Below are positions 40,273-50,058 of a stretch of DNA of 64,000 nucleotides, piece by piece (positions within the stretch are counted from its first letter, which is position 1; each line of letters begins with the position of its first letter). The stretch lies in NCBI GenBank assembly GCA_965262725.1, contig OZ253555.1, positions 3,552,001-3,616,000 on the forward strand, read 5' to 3'. Made by a program: the position numbers and the translations under genes. The notes under the pieces are model-generated. The model ran no database searches, had not been told where the DNA came from, and saw only the letters and a program-made list of their open reading frames with translations. Origin of the DNA: Dehalococcoidia bacterium (GTDB lineage: Bacteria > Chloroflexota > Dehalococcoidia > UBA2979).

Positions 40273-40452
40273 TCAGGTCCCCCAGCCGAAGGCGACGCGC
40301 AGCAGCGCCGAGATCACGATCGCCGCGACATAGGCGTAGGCGACGACGCGGGCGCGCTGCCCCAGCTGCCGCATCTGGGTCGGGCGGAGGATCATCATCG
40401 CCACCAGCACGAGCCCGCTCGCGACCAGCAGCAGCCGGAGGAGGCTTCCCAT
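40273..40452 (-). CDS. Small two-TM membrane protein
   Basis: MGSLLRLLLVASGLVLVAMM...; TACGAT 6 nt upstream of ATG. Confidence 0.6.
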   Translation of the reverse strand: MGSLLRLLLVASGLVLVAMMILRPTQMRQLGQRARVVAYAYVAAIVISALLRVAFGWGT

Positions 40453-40560
40453 CTCGCGATCGTAGTCCGACCGCGCGCTTGACGCGCGGGACGGCCCCTG
40501 CGACGATGGCGAAGAACAGAACGCCTGTTCGTATCTGTTGATGCCAACCGAGGATCCGCG

Positions 40561-40788
40561 ATGAGTGAGGCGACGTCCCCGAACCGCCCGAGAGCGCGAG
40601 GCGCGCCGCCTCCCCGCCCCGCCGCCTCCGGGCGGCGGCTCCGCCGGTTCGAGGTCCGCGGACCGCACTGTCCGCTCTGCGGCGGCCCCCTCGTCTCCGG
40701 CGAGGGCGCGCGGCTCTGCGCGATCTGCGGCCACCTGGAGTCGGGGGCCGCCTCCTACGCCGAACCCCGGGACCGGCCCGCGGCATAG
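40561..40788 (+). CDS. Small zinc-ribbon protein
   Basis: GAGG RBS; CPLCGG...CAICGH. Confidence 0.55.
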   Translation: MSEATSPNRPRARGAPPPRPAASGRRLRRFEVRGPHCPLCGGPLVSGEGARLCAICGHLESGAASYAEPRDRPAA

Positions 40789-40828
40789 GGGTAGATCGCA
40801 GGCGGCTCAGCGCGCGCCCGTTCCTTCG

Positions 40829-41587
40829 CTACGGCGTGTCCGCCGCAGGCGGCGCGACACCCAGAAGCGGGGGCAGCTCGGCGAGGGAGCGCAGCTCCGC
40901 ATCGGGCTCGTCGCGGCCCGAGCCGTCGTGCCAGCCGCCCGGCCGGCGCAGCCAGAGCGCGGCGAGCCCTGCGGCGTGCGCGCCGGTCACGTCGTGGGCC
41001 GGGTTGTCGCCGACGTAGGCCGCCGGGCGACCGCTGGCGTCGAGCCTCGTGAGCGCGTACCAGAAGATCGCGGGGTCGGGCTTGCGGAGGCCCACCTCCT
41101 CGGAGATCACGACCACCGGGAAGAACCGCTCGAGGCCGAAGCGCTCGATCTTCGGGCGCTGGTCGGCGGACAGGCCGTTCGAGACGAGACCGAGACGACG
41201 GCGCCCCCTGAGAAGGTCCAGCAGCGGGATCGCATCGGAAAACGGCCGCAGGTGGCGCGGCCAGCACTCCCGGTAGCGCGACCAGGCGGCGTCGGCCTCA
41301 GCCTCCGTGCCCCCGCGCTCGCCGAGCAGGCGGCGGAACGCCAGGCGGCTCCACTCGTGGCGCCACTCGGCATCGCCCGCCCGGCTCTGCTCCTCCGCCG
41401 TGTAGCGGCGCAAGCGCTCGTGCAGCTCCGCGACCGAGGTCGCGGAGCTGAACTCCGGGTGGCGAGCGGCGAGAGGCTCCACGGCCTCCGTGAAGCCGTC
41501 CCTCCACGCGCTGCGCGTATCGACGAGGGTGTCGTCGAGGTCGACGAGCAGCGTCTCGACGGCTAAGAGCGCGGGTCGTGAACTCAC
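40829..41587 (-). CDS. HAD-family hydrolase
   Basis: DLDDTL, VSNG, KPDPAIF, VGDNPAHD. Confidence 0.92.
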   Translation of the reverse strand: MSSRPALLAVETLLVDLDDTLVDTRSAWRDGFTEAVEPLAARHPEFSSATSVAELHERLRRYTAEEQSRAGDAEWRHEWSRLAFRRLLGERGGTEAEADAAWSRYRECWPRHLRPFSDAIPLLDLLRGRRRLGLVSNGLSADQRPKIERFGLERFFPVVVISEEVGLRKPDPAIFWYALTRLDASGRPAAYVGDNPAHDVTGAHAAGLAALWLRRPGGWHDGSGRDEPDAELRSLAELPPLLGVAPPAADTP

Positions 41588-41606
41588 GGGCCCCTGACGG
41601 GGAGCG

Positions 41607-41960
41607 CTAGCGCTCCCCGTCGTCCCCGTCGCCCTCGTCGTCCCCGTCGCCCTCGTCGTCCTCGTCCTCTTCGTCCTCTTCGTCGCCGTCGTCGGAGAAG
41701 ACTCCGACCTGCTCGCCACGCCAGACCGTGACGATCAGGTCCTCCCGATACGGATCGGCGGTGGAGACGATGCGCTCGTCGATCGCCGCGATCAGCTCCT
41801 GCAACCCATCGTCATCGACCGCGCTGTGGACCGACAGCGTCGCGTAGGTCGCCGACGAGGTGAAGTGGACGTCCACCCGCCCCAGGGAATGCTCCACATC
41901 CTCGATCACCCACGACTCAGAGTGCGGCGTCCTGGCCTCACGCTCGAAGCGAAACTCCAT
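41607..41960 (-). CDS. Hypothetical protein with acidic tail
   Basis: MEFRFEREARTPHSE...GRVDVHF; D/E-rich C-terminus. Confidence 0.75.
   Translation of the reverse strand: MEFRFEREARTPHSESWVIEDVEHSLGRVDVHFTSSATYATLSVHSAVDDDGLQELIAAIDERIVSTADPYREDLIVTVWRGEQVGVFSDDGDEEDEEDEDDEGDGDDEGDGDDGER
41619..41654. repeat. 18-bp tandem repeat x2 in the acidic tail
   Basis: GTCGTCCCCGTCGCCCTC repeated twice, encoding EGDGDD. Confidence 0.8.
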
Positions 41961-42043
41961 GCTCACGCGCCTTCCGTTTCGGGCGCCGCCCATCACCGGC
42001 CGGCGCGATCCCTCGCCTCACACGTCGACCAGCGAACCCTGGG

Positions 42044-43321
42044 CTACGGCCTGATCTGGCCGTGACCCAGGATCACCCACTTATAGGATGTGAGCTCGCG
42101 CAGCCCCATCGGCCCGCGCGCGTGCAGCTTCTGCGTAGAGATGCCGAACTCTGTACCGAGCCCGTACTCGCCGCCATCGGCGAAGCCCGTCGACACGTTC
42201 ACGAACACCGACGCGGCGTCGACCTCCCGCTGGAAGCGCTGCGCCGCCGTATAGGAATCGGTCGCGATCGCCTCCGAGTGCCCGCTCCCGTGTTCGGCGA
42301 TGTGATCGAGCGCCACGTCAAGCGAGTCGACGACGCGCACGGAGCAGTCGAGCGAGAGCCACTCGCGGTCGTAGTCGCCCGGCTCGACCGCCACGACGGG
42401 CGCGCCGCCCTCGACGCGGGCGAGGCGTCCGGCCTCGCCGTCGGCGTGCATCGTCACGCCGTGCGCCGCGAACTCGCGGGAGAGCCGCGGCACCACCTCA
42501 CCTGCGACGCCTCGGTGCACGAGCACGGTATCGAGCGTGTTGCAGACGGAGGGGCGCCTGACCTTCGCGTTGACGGCGATCGCGACCGCCACGTCGAGAT
42601 CGGCATCGACGTCCACGAAGGTATGGCAGACGCCGATACCCCCCGCGACCACGGGCATCGTGGCCTCGTCGCGGACGCGGCGGATGAGGTCCGCGCCCCC
42701 GCGCGGGACGAGCAGGTCGATCTGGTCGTCGGCGGTGAGCAGCGCCCCCACCTCGGCGCGCTCTGTCGAGTCGATGAACTGCACGCACCCCGCCCCAAGC
42801 CCCGCCGCTTCCGCGGCGTCCTGCACGACGCCGGCCAGCGCGCGCGAGCTCGCGTGCGCATCGCTTCCGGAGCGCAGCACGACCGCGTTGCCGGACTTCA
42901 GGCAGAGCGCCGCGATATCCACCGTGACGTTCGGACGCGACTCGTAAACGGCGCCGATCACGCCGAGCGGCACCCGCACCCTCCCCACCTGCATCCCGTT
43001 GGGGCGGATGCGCACGTCCTCCATCTGGCCCACCGGATCGGGGAGGGCCGCCACCTCGCGAGTCGTCGCCGCGATCGCGGCGATGCCCTGCGGCGTGAGC
43101 GCCATGCGATCGATGAAGGAGGCATCGCGACCGCGCGACCGCGCGCGCTCCACCTCCGCGGCGTTCACCTCAAGCAGCTCCGCCTGCCGGGCCATGAGCC
43201 CGCGCGCGGTGCCCTCGAGGGCGGCATCCTTCTGCGCCGTGGTGGCGAAGCGGAGCGTCCGGCTCGCCTCGCGGGCCGCCCTCGCCTTCGTCACCGCCTC
43301 GGTCGGTGTCGCAACCGTCAT
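42044..43321 (-). CDS. proA: Gamma-glutamyl phosphate reductase
   Basis: VPLGVIGAVYESRPNVT, SVCN, GSGHSEAI, GISTQKLHARGPMG. Confidence 0.97.
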   Translation of the reverse strand: MTVATPTEAVTKARAAREASRTLRFATTAQKDAALEGTARGLMARQAELLEVNAAEVERARSRGRDASFIDRMALTPQGIAAIAATTREVAALPDPVGQMEDVRIRPNGMQVGRVRVPLGVIGAVYESRPNVTVDIAALCLKSGNAVVLRSGSDAHASSRALAGVVQDAAEAAGLGAGCVQFIDSTERAEVGALLTADDQIDLLVPRGGADLIRRVRDEATMPVVAGGIGVCHTFVDVDADLDVAVAIAVNAKVRRPSVCNTLDTVLVHRGVAGEVVPRLSREFAAHGVTMHADGEAGRLARVEGGAPVVAVEPGDYDREWLSLDCSVRVVDSLDVALDHIAEHGSGHSEAIATDSYTAAQRFQREVDAASVFVNVSTGFADGGEYGLGTEFGISTQKLHARGPMGLRELTSYKWVILGHGQIRP

Positions 43322-43453
43322 CGAACCCCCGCGTCCATCCTAACGCAGCGCCTGCGGGCGGCACACGGCGCACCGCAGGCGGCCCCGCCGCTACCGAACC
43401 CGCATCGCCGGCCCCCCGGGGCGGCGGCCGCGACCGCGCCACACGGGGCGGTC

Positions 43454-44629
43454 CTAGCGGAGGACCAGGTTGTTGCGGTGGACGACTTCCTCGCCGTACT
43501 CGTGGCCCAGCACCTCCGCGATGCGGCTCGACCGCAGGCCGCGGATGCGGCTGATCTCGTCGGCCGCGTAGTTCGCGATGCCGGTCGCGACACGGCGCCC
43601 GGACTCCGTCTCGACGCGCACGACATCTCCCCGCACGAACTCCCCCTCGACGTCGACCACGCCGGCCGGCAGGAGCGATGTCCCCGACTCCGCGAGCGCG
43701 TGCGCCGCACCCTCGTCGATGCGCACGAGGCCTCGAACGTGCAGCCCGGAGAGGAGGTAGCGCCGGCGGCCGTCGAGGCGAGAGCCGCGCGGGAGGAAGT
43801 GCGTCCCCACCCGCTCGCCGCGCGCGGCGAGCAGCGCCGTGTCGGCGAGGCGGCCGTCGGCAATCACGACGTGCGCGCCGTAGGCGGTGGCAACCTCCGC
43901 CGCCTCGACCTTCGTCACCATCCCTCCGCGCCCAAGCCGGCCGGGCGTCCCCCGCGCCGCCTCCCTGACGCCGCCGTCGATGGTCGTCACGCACTCGATG
44001 AGCGTCGCATCGGGGTCCCGGGCGGGATCGGCGGTATAAAGCCCGCCGGTGTCAGTGAGGATGAGCAGGAGATCGGCGTCGACGAGGTTGGCCACCTGCG
44101 CGGAGAGGGAGTCGTTGTCCCCGAGCACGGAGTCCTGGATCTCGTCGACGGCGACGACATCATTCTCGTTCACCACCGGCAGCACGCCCCGATCGAGGAG
44201 CGTGAGCAGGGTCGTGCGCGCGTTGAGGTAGCCGCGCCGGTCGGCGAGGTCGGTACGCGTCAGGAGTGCCTGCGCCACCACGATCTCCTCTGCCTCGAAG
44301 TGGCGGTCCCACGCGGCCAGCAGGCGCCCCTGCCCGACCGCCGCCAGCGCCTGCCGGGAGCGAACGTCGCTCCCTGCGGCGTGCTCGCCGAGGCGCTGCC
44401 GTCCGGCCGCGATCGCCCCGGAGCTCACGAGGATGACGCCGGCACCCTTCGCCCGGAGGGCCGCCACCTGGACCACGACGCGGCGGAGCGCCGCGTGATC
44501 GATACTCTCCCCGCCCGCCGTGAGCAGGTTGGTCCCCACCTTGACGACGATGCGCTCGTAGACGAGCGCGGCGGCGCCCGCCTGGGTGCCCGCGTCGAGC
44601 CCCGACTCGCCGCCACTGCTATCGGGCAT
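43454..44629 (-). CDS. proB: Glutamate 5-kinase with PUA domain
   Basis: VVKVGT, VSSGA, NENDVV, GDNDSL, GGMVTK, VVHRNNLV. Confidence 0.97.
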   Translation of the reverse strand: MPDSSGGESGLDAGTQAGAAALVYERIVVKVGTNLLTAGGESIDHAALRRVVVQVAALRAKGAGVILVSSGAIAAGRQRLGEHAAGSDVRSRQALAAVGQGRLLAAWDRHFEAEEIVVAQALLTRTDLADRRGYLNARTTLLTLLDRGVLPVVNENDVVAVDEIQDSVLGDNDSLSAQVANLVDADLLLILTDTGGLYTADPARDPDATLIECVTTIDGGVREAARGTPGRLGRGGMVTKVEAAEVATAYGAHVVIADGRLADTALLAARGERVGTHFLPRGSRLDGRRRYLLSGLHVRGLVRIDEGAAHALAESGTSLLPAGVVDVEGEFVRGDVVRVETESGRRVATGIANYAADEISRIRGLRSSRIAEVLGHEYGEEVVHRNNLVLR

Positions 44630-44741
44630 GACCCCTCCGACGCGTTCGAGACGCGATATCCCTAGGATGGTCGAGCATCGACGTGCGGTCGAGCGTGGCG
44701 GACGAGCGACCCTTGGGCGCGACGCCCCGGAGGGCGAGAGG

Positions 44742-46571
44742 ATGACCGGAGCAACGCGCTCGCCGCGCCGGGCACTCTGCGTCGCGTTGGCGGCGCTCGC
44801 CTCCGTGCTTCTGCTCGCCTCCTGCGGCGACGGGCGGGGCGAGGACGACGCCGCCGAGACGACGGATGCGATCCTCCGGACGCTCACGGAGAACGCCGAC
44901 GCCTTCGCGTACGCGATCGGGATGCCGGGCGGCACGCTCACCTCCTCGACCCTCGGCGGCCCCCTCACGTTCAATCCGGCGCTGGCGAACGATGCCTATT
45001 CGTCCGGCCTCTTGAGCCATCTCTTCGAGGGCCTGACCCGGACCTCCTGGCTGACCGACGAGGTCGAGCCGGCGCTGGCCGACTCCTGGGAGCACTCGGA
45101 GGACGGCCTGACGTGGACCTTCCACCTCCGCCGCGACGTGACGTGGCACGACGGCGAACCGTTCACGGCGCGTGATGTGGAGTTCACCTTCAACCGCATC
45201 ATCTACAACGAGCAGATCCCGACCGGCGGCCGCGCCTCCTTCGTCTTCCGCTACCTCGACGCGAACGGCGCGTGGGTCGAGGAGGCGATGGCCGTGACGG
45301 CCGTCGACGACTACACCGTCCGCATCGTGCTGCCCACGCCGTTCGCCCCCTTCACCCGGACGATGGGGGCGGAGATCTACCCCCGCCACATCCTCGAGCC
45401 GCACGTCGAGGACGGCACCTTCAACTCCGTCTGGGGCGTGGACTCGGACCCGACGAGCGTGGTCGGCACGGGGCCCTTCACCATCGAGCGCTACGAGCCC
45501 GATGAGCGCGTCGTGCTCCGGCGCAACCCGCACTACTGGCTGACCGACGCCGACGGAAACAGCCTCCCGTACCTCGAGAGAATCGAGCACCTCATCGTCG
45601 ACGACATCGAGGCGGAGCGTGAGAAGTTCGTCGCCGGCGAGACCGATGTACACGGGGTCACAGGCGAGGACTTCGCCGATCTGAGCCGGCGCGCAGAGGA
45701 CGGCGACTTCGCCATCCACCGCCGCGGCCCCGCCTTCGGCACCACCTTCCTCGTCTTCAACATGAACCCCGGCGTGAGCCCGGCGAGTGGTGCACCCCAC
45801 GTCGCTCCGGAGAAGCTCGCCTGGTTCACCGACGCGCAGTTCCGCCGGGCGATCGCGCACAGCATCGACCGGGAGGCGATCGTCGCCGAGGCCATGGACG
45901 GCCTCGGTTATCCGCAATGGGCTTCGATCAGCCCGTCCGCCGGTGACTTCCACAACCCGAACGTCCGAAAGTACGAGTACGACGTCGAGGCTGCGAACCA
46001 CATCCTCGACGGCCTCGGATGGCTGGATCGGGACGGCGACGGCGTGCGCGAGGACGCAGACGGCAACCCGATCGAGTTCGGGCTGGTCACCAATGCGGGG
46101 AACAGCGTGCGCGAACGGGTCGCGATGCTGATCGACGAGGGACTCGATGCGATCGGCGTGCACGCCATCTACCGCCCGGTAGAGTTCGGCGACCTCCTGG
46201 CGCGGCTGACCGACTCCTACGAGTGGGAGGCCGTCGTGATCGGACTCACCGGAGGCACGGAGCCCCACGGCGGTATCAACGTCTGGCACAGCAGTTCCGA
46301 CCTGCATCTCTGGAACCCGGGGCAGGAGCGCCCGGCGACAGAGTGGGAGGCGCGGATCGACGAGCTCTACGTCCTCGGCAGCCAGGCGCTCGACCGCGAC
46401 CTGCGTGTGGAGCACTACCACCGAGCCCAAGCGATCGCCGCCGAGGAGGTTCCGCTCATCTACACGACGCTGCCCGAGCGCCTCACCGCGGTGCGGAACG
46501 TCTTCGGCAACACGACGCCGACGCTCTACGGTCTCTGGGACCTCCGCTACCTCTACCGAACGGATCGCTGA
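44742..46571 (+). CDS. Peptide/nickel-type ABC substrate-binding lipoprotein (family 5)
   Basis: Lipobox LASC, LADSWE, WHDGEPFTARDV.F, GTGPF, RNPHYW. Confidence 0.92.
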   Translation: MTGATRSPRRALCVALAALASVLLLASCGDGRGEDDAAETTDAILRTLTENADAFAYAIGMPGGTLTSSTLGGPLTFNPALANDAYSSGLLSHLFEGLTRTSWLTDEVEPALADSWEHSEDGLTWTFHLRRDVTWHDGEPFTARDVEFTFNRIIYNEQIPTGGRASFVFRYLDANGAWVEEAMAVTAVDDYTVRIVLPTPFAPFTRTMGAEIYPRHILEPHVEDGTFNSVWGVDSDPTSVVGTGPFTIERYEPDERVVLRRNPHYWLTDADGNSLPYLERIEHLIVDDIEAEREKFVAGETDVHGVTGEDFADLSRRAEDGDFAIHRRGPAFGTTFLVFNMNPGVSPASGAPHVAPEKLAWFTDAQFRRAIAHSIDREAIVAEAMDGLGYPQWASISPSAGDFHNPNVRKYEYDVEAANHILDGLGWLDRDGDGVREDADGNPIEFGLVTNAGNSVRERVAMLIDEGLDAIGVHAIYRPVEFGDLLARLTDSYEWEAVVIGLTGGTEPHGGINVWHSSSDLHLWNPGQERPATEWEARIDELYVLGSQALDRDLRVEHYHRAQAIAAEEVPLIYTTLPERLTAVRNVFGNTTPTLYGLWDLRYLYRTDR

Positions 46572-46677
46572 TCGCCGGCTGAGCCGTGCACCACGGTGGC
46601 GCCACCGCGGCCGGGCTGCGGGCTCAGCCGCCCGGCGACCCCCGGCGGCAGCTCCCCGGCAGCGGGCGACGGCGGCG

Positions 46678-49600
46678 CTAGGTCGCGGGGACGAGAGCCA
46701 GCATCAAGTCGTCGCCACCGATGGAGACCTCGGTCGTCGCGGCGCCGGGCGGCGCCGCCGCCCCCGGATCGAGCGGCTCGAGGGTGAGCGCGAGCGTCTC
46801 CTCCGCGATCCAGCGGCCGTGCTCGCGGAGGGCGCGCGCGAGAGTCTCGGGGACCCTGTAGCGGACGTGGATGCGGGCGGAGACGTCGAGCCCCGCGGAG
46901 CGACGCAGCTCCTGCAGGCGTCTCACGAACTCGCGGGCGGTGCCCTCCGCCTGAAGCTCCGGGGTCACGGTGAGGTCGAGCAACGCCATGTAGCCCGCCT
47001 CCTCGGCGGCGGCCCAGCCCGCGCTTGGCTCCACGTCCACGACGATCTCGCCCGCGCCCAGCGTCACACCGCCGACCTCCACCGGCTCGCCCGCCCGCAT
47101 GCGCGCCACGATCGCCTGAGCGTCGGCCGCCTCCAGGGCTCCGCGCAGCCGACCGACGCCGGAGCCGAGCCGGGGCCCGAGCGTGGGGAGGTGCGGCCGC
47201 AACCGGTAGGCCACGCGGTCGCCGGCCGACTCGGCGACGTCGACGTCCTTCACGTTGAGCTCCTCGGCGATCTCCGAGCGGAGGCGCTCGATCCCAGCGC
47301 GCTCCTCTCCCGAGCGCGGGATCAGGACCGCGCGGGCGAGCGGCTGGCGGACGCGCACCTTCGCCCGCTGACGCGCGCCGCGCCCCAGCGAGACCATGCG
47401 CTGCACCACCGCCATCTCCTCGGCGAGACCCGTATCGATCGCCGCGCGGTCCAGCTCCGGCCACGCGTCGAGGTGCACCGAGTCCGGCGCGCCCGCAACC
47501 CGGCCCCGCACCAGATTCTGGTAGAGCGCGTCGGCGACGAAGGGCATGAACGGCGCGCAGAGCCGCGCCACCGTCGTCAGGCACTCGTAGAGAGTCGACA
47601 GCGCCGCCTGCGTGTCGGCGGAGTCGTTCGAGCGCCAGAAGCGCCGGCGGCCCCGGCGCACGTACCAGTTCGAGAGCTGGTCCACGAACTCCGCGATGGG
47701 CCTCGCCGCATCGGCGGGCTCGTACGCCTCCAGGGCATCGGTGACGCGCTCGACGGTCCGGTGGAGCTCCGAGCGCACCCAGCGGTCGAGGTCGGTGCGC
47801 CCCTCCGCTGACGGCGGCGCCGCCGGGTCGAAGTCGGCGAGGTTCGCGTAGGTGACGAAGAACGAGTACGTGCTCCAGAGAGTGGAGAGCACGCGCCGGG
47901 AGCTCTCGCCCACCAGCTCGGTGGAGAACCGCCGCGAGTTGCCCGGCGGCGCCGCCGTGTACATGTACCAGCGCGTCGCGTCCGCCCCGTGCTCGTCGAG
48001 GACGGAGAACGGATCCACCACGTTGCCGCGCGACTTCGCCATCTTCTGCCCGTCGCCGTCGAGGATGATCCCCACCGAGATCACGTTTCGGTAGGCGATC
48101 CCCTCCGGCACGGCCTCCGCGCGGTGAAGCAGCGTGGCGAGCGCGTGCAGCGTGTAGAACCAGCCGCGCGTCTGATCCATGCCCTCGCAGATGTAGTCGG
48201 CCGGGAAGCGCTCGCCGAAGGTCGCCTCGCCCTCGAAAGGGTAGTGCCACTGCGCGTAGGGCATCGCGCCCGAGTCGAACCACGCGTCGGCCACCTCGGG
48301 GACGCGCCGCATCTCCGAGGAGCACGAATGGCAGGGCATCGTGATCTCGTCGACGTAGGGGCGGTGCGGGTCCTCGATCTCGGCGTCCGCGCCCGATCGC
48401 TGCGCCAGCTCCGCGAACGAGCCGATGCACTCGACCTCCCCGCAGCCGTCGCAGAGCCAGAGCGGGAGCGGTGTGCCCCAGTAGCGCTCCCGCGAGACCG
48501 CCCAGTCGACGTTCGACTGAAGCCACTCGCCGAAGCGCCCGTCGCGCACGTTCGTCGGGACCCAGCGGATCTGGTCGCGGTTGTGCGCGACGAGTGCGTC
48601 GCGCACGGCCGTCGTCCGGATGTACCAGGACGGCTTCGCGTAGTAGAGGACGGGCGTGCCGCACCGCCAGCAGAACGGATAGGTGTGCCGGATCGTGCCC
48701 GCCTGCCAGAGGAGCCCGCGCCGGTCGAGATCCGCGACGATCTCGGAGTCGGCGTCCTTCGCGAAGCGCCCGGAGAAGGGACCGCCCACGAACTCTCCGC
48801 TCGGAGCGACGTGCTGGATGAAGAGCAGCGACTCCCCGCGCCCCACCCCGTAGTCGTCCTCCCCGAAGGCGGGCGCGACGTGCACGATGCCCGTGCCCCC
48901 TCCCTCCCCGGGCTCGGTCTCGACGAAGTCGGCGCCGACCACCCGGCGGGCGCGTCGCTCCTCGCCCGGCTCGATTGAGCGCGACCCGTCCCGCCCGAGC
49001 AGAAGCGGCTCGACACCCTCCCACCCGCTCGCCTCGTAGAGCGGCTCGTACCCCAGCCCGACGAGCTCCGAGCCATCGACGCGCGCGAGGATGTCCGGCT
49101 CGCCGAGAACCGACGGGAGCAGCCGCTCCGCGACGATCAGCCGCTCCCGGGAGCCGCCCTCCTCCCGCTCGGCGAGCACGTAGCCCGCGGCGGGGTCCAC
49201 GGCGAGGCCCGTGTTGCCGGGGAGCGTCCACGGCGTCGTCGTCCACGCGAGGATCGCCGTCGGCACGCCGTCTGCCAGGCGCAAGGCGCCGGGCGCCTCC
49301 GGGTTCGCCGCCTCATCGAGGCGAAAGCGAACGGTGACCGAGGGATCGGGCGTCTCCTCGCGGTAGCCGAGCGCCACCTCGTGCGAGGACAGGCTCGTCT
49401 CGCAGCGGGGGCAGTGCGGCGTGACGCGGAAGTCGCGGAACATCAGGTCGCGGTCCCAGAGCTGCCTGAAGATCCACCAGCAGCTCTCGACGTATTCGCG
49501 GTGGTACGTGACGTAGGGGTCGTCGGTGTCGATCCAGAACCCGATACGCTCGGTCAGCTCCTTGAACTCCCGGACGTAGCGGAAGACGGACTCACGGCAC

Positions 49601-50040
49601 CGCCGGTTGAAGGCCTCGATGCCGTAGGCCTCTATGTCGCGCTTGGTCGAGAGCCCGAGCTCGCGCTCGACCTCAAGCTCCACCGGGAGGCCGTGCGTGT
49701 CCCACCCCCCCTTCCGGGGGACGCGATAGCCGCGCATCGTCCGGTAGCGCGGGATCAGGTCCTTGAAGACGCGGGCCAGCACGTGGTGGATCCCCGGGGA
49801 GCCGTTCGCCGTCGGCGGACCCTCGTAGAAGGAGAAGACGCGATCGGCGGGGCGCTCCTCGACCGAGCGGCGGAAGATGTCGCGCTCCCGCCACACCGCG
49901 AGGATGCGCGCCTCCAACTCCGGGAACGAGACGTGCGTGGGAACGGGATCGAATCGGCCCCGGGCGCTCGCCGGGGCCGCACCGCCACCCGACGCGGCCT
50001 CCGACCCGACACCTGCGCTCATCGCTGGGCCCACATCCAT
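46678..50040 (-). CDS. ileS: Isoleucine--tRNA ligase, type 2
   Basis: EGPPTANG, GWDTHGLPVE, WTTTPWT, SRERYWGTP, DQTRGWF, SNWYVR; no C-terminal IleRS1 Zn finger. Confidence 0.97.
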   Translation of the reverse strand: MDVGPAMSAGVGSEAASGGGAAPASARGRFDPVPTHVSFPELEARILAVWRERDIFRRSVEERPADRVFSFYEGPPTANGSPGIHHVLARVFKDLIPRYRTMRGYRVPRKGGWDTHGLPVELEVERELGLSTKRDIEAYGIEAFNRRCRESVFRYVREFKELTERIGFWIDTDDPYVTYHREYVESCWWIFRQLWDRDLMFRDFRVTPHCPRCETSLSSHEVALGYREETPDPSVTVRFRLDEAANPEAPGALRLADGVPTAILAWTTTPWTLPGNTGLAVDPAAGYVLAEREEGGSRERLIVAERLLPSVLGEPDILARVDGSELVGLGYEPLYEASGWEGVEPLLLGRDGSRSIEPGEERRARRVVGADFVETEPGEGGGTGIVHVAPAFGEDDYGVGRGESLLFIQHVAPSGEFVGGPFSGRFAKDADSEIVADLDRRGLLWQAGTIRHTYPFCWRCGTPVLYYAKPSWYIRTTAVRDALVAHNRDQIRWVPTNVRDGRFGEWLQSNVDWAVSRERYWGTPLPLWLCDGCGEVECIGSFAELAQRSGADAEIEDPHRPYVDEITMPCHSCSSEMRRVPEVADAWFDSGAMPYAQWHYPFEGEATFGERFPADYICEGMDQTRGWFYTLHALATLLHRAEAVPEGIAYRNVISVGIILDGDGQKMAKSRGNVVDPFSVLDEHGADATRWYMYTAAPPGNSRRFSTELVGESSRRVLSTLWSTYSFFVTYANLADFDPAAPPSAEGRTDLDRWVRSELHRTVERVTDALEAYEPADAARPIAEFVDQLSNWYVRRGRRRFWRSNDSADTQAALSTLYECLTTVARLCAPFMPFVADALYQNLVRGRVAGAPDSVHLDAWPELDRAAIDTGLAEEMAVVQRMVSLGRGARQRAKVRVRQPLARAVLIPRSGEERAGIERLRSEIAEELNVKDVDVAESAGDRVAYRLRPHLPTLGPRLGSGVGRLRGALEAADAQAIVARMRAGEPVEVGGVTLGAGEIVVDVEPSAGWAAAEEAGYMALLDLTVTPELQAEGTAREFVRRLQELRRSAGLDVSARIHVRYRVPETLARALREHGRWIAEETLALTLEPLDPGAAAPPGAATTEVSIGGDDLMLALVPAT

Positions 50041-50058
50041 CCGCGCGAGGCGCGCCGG

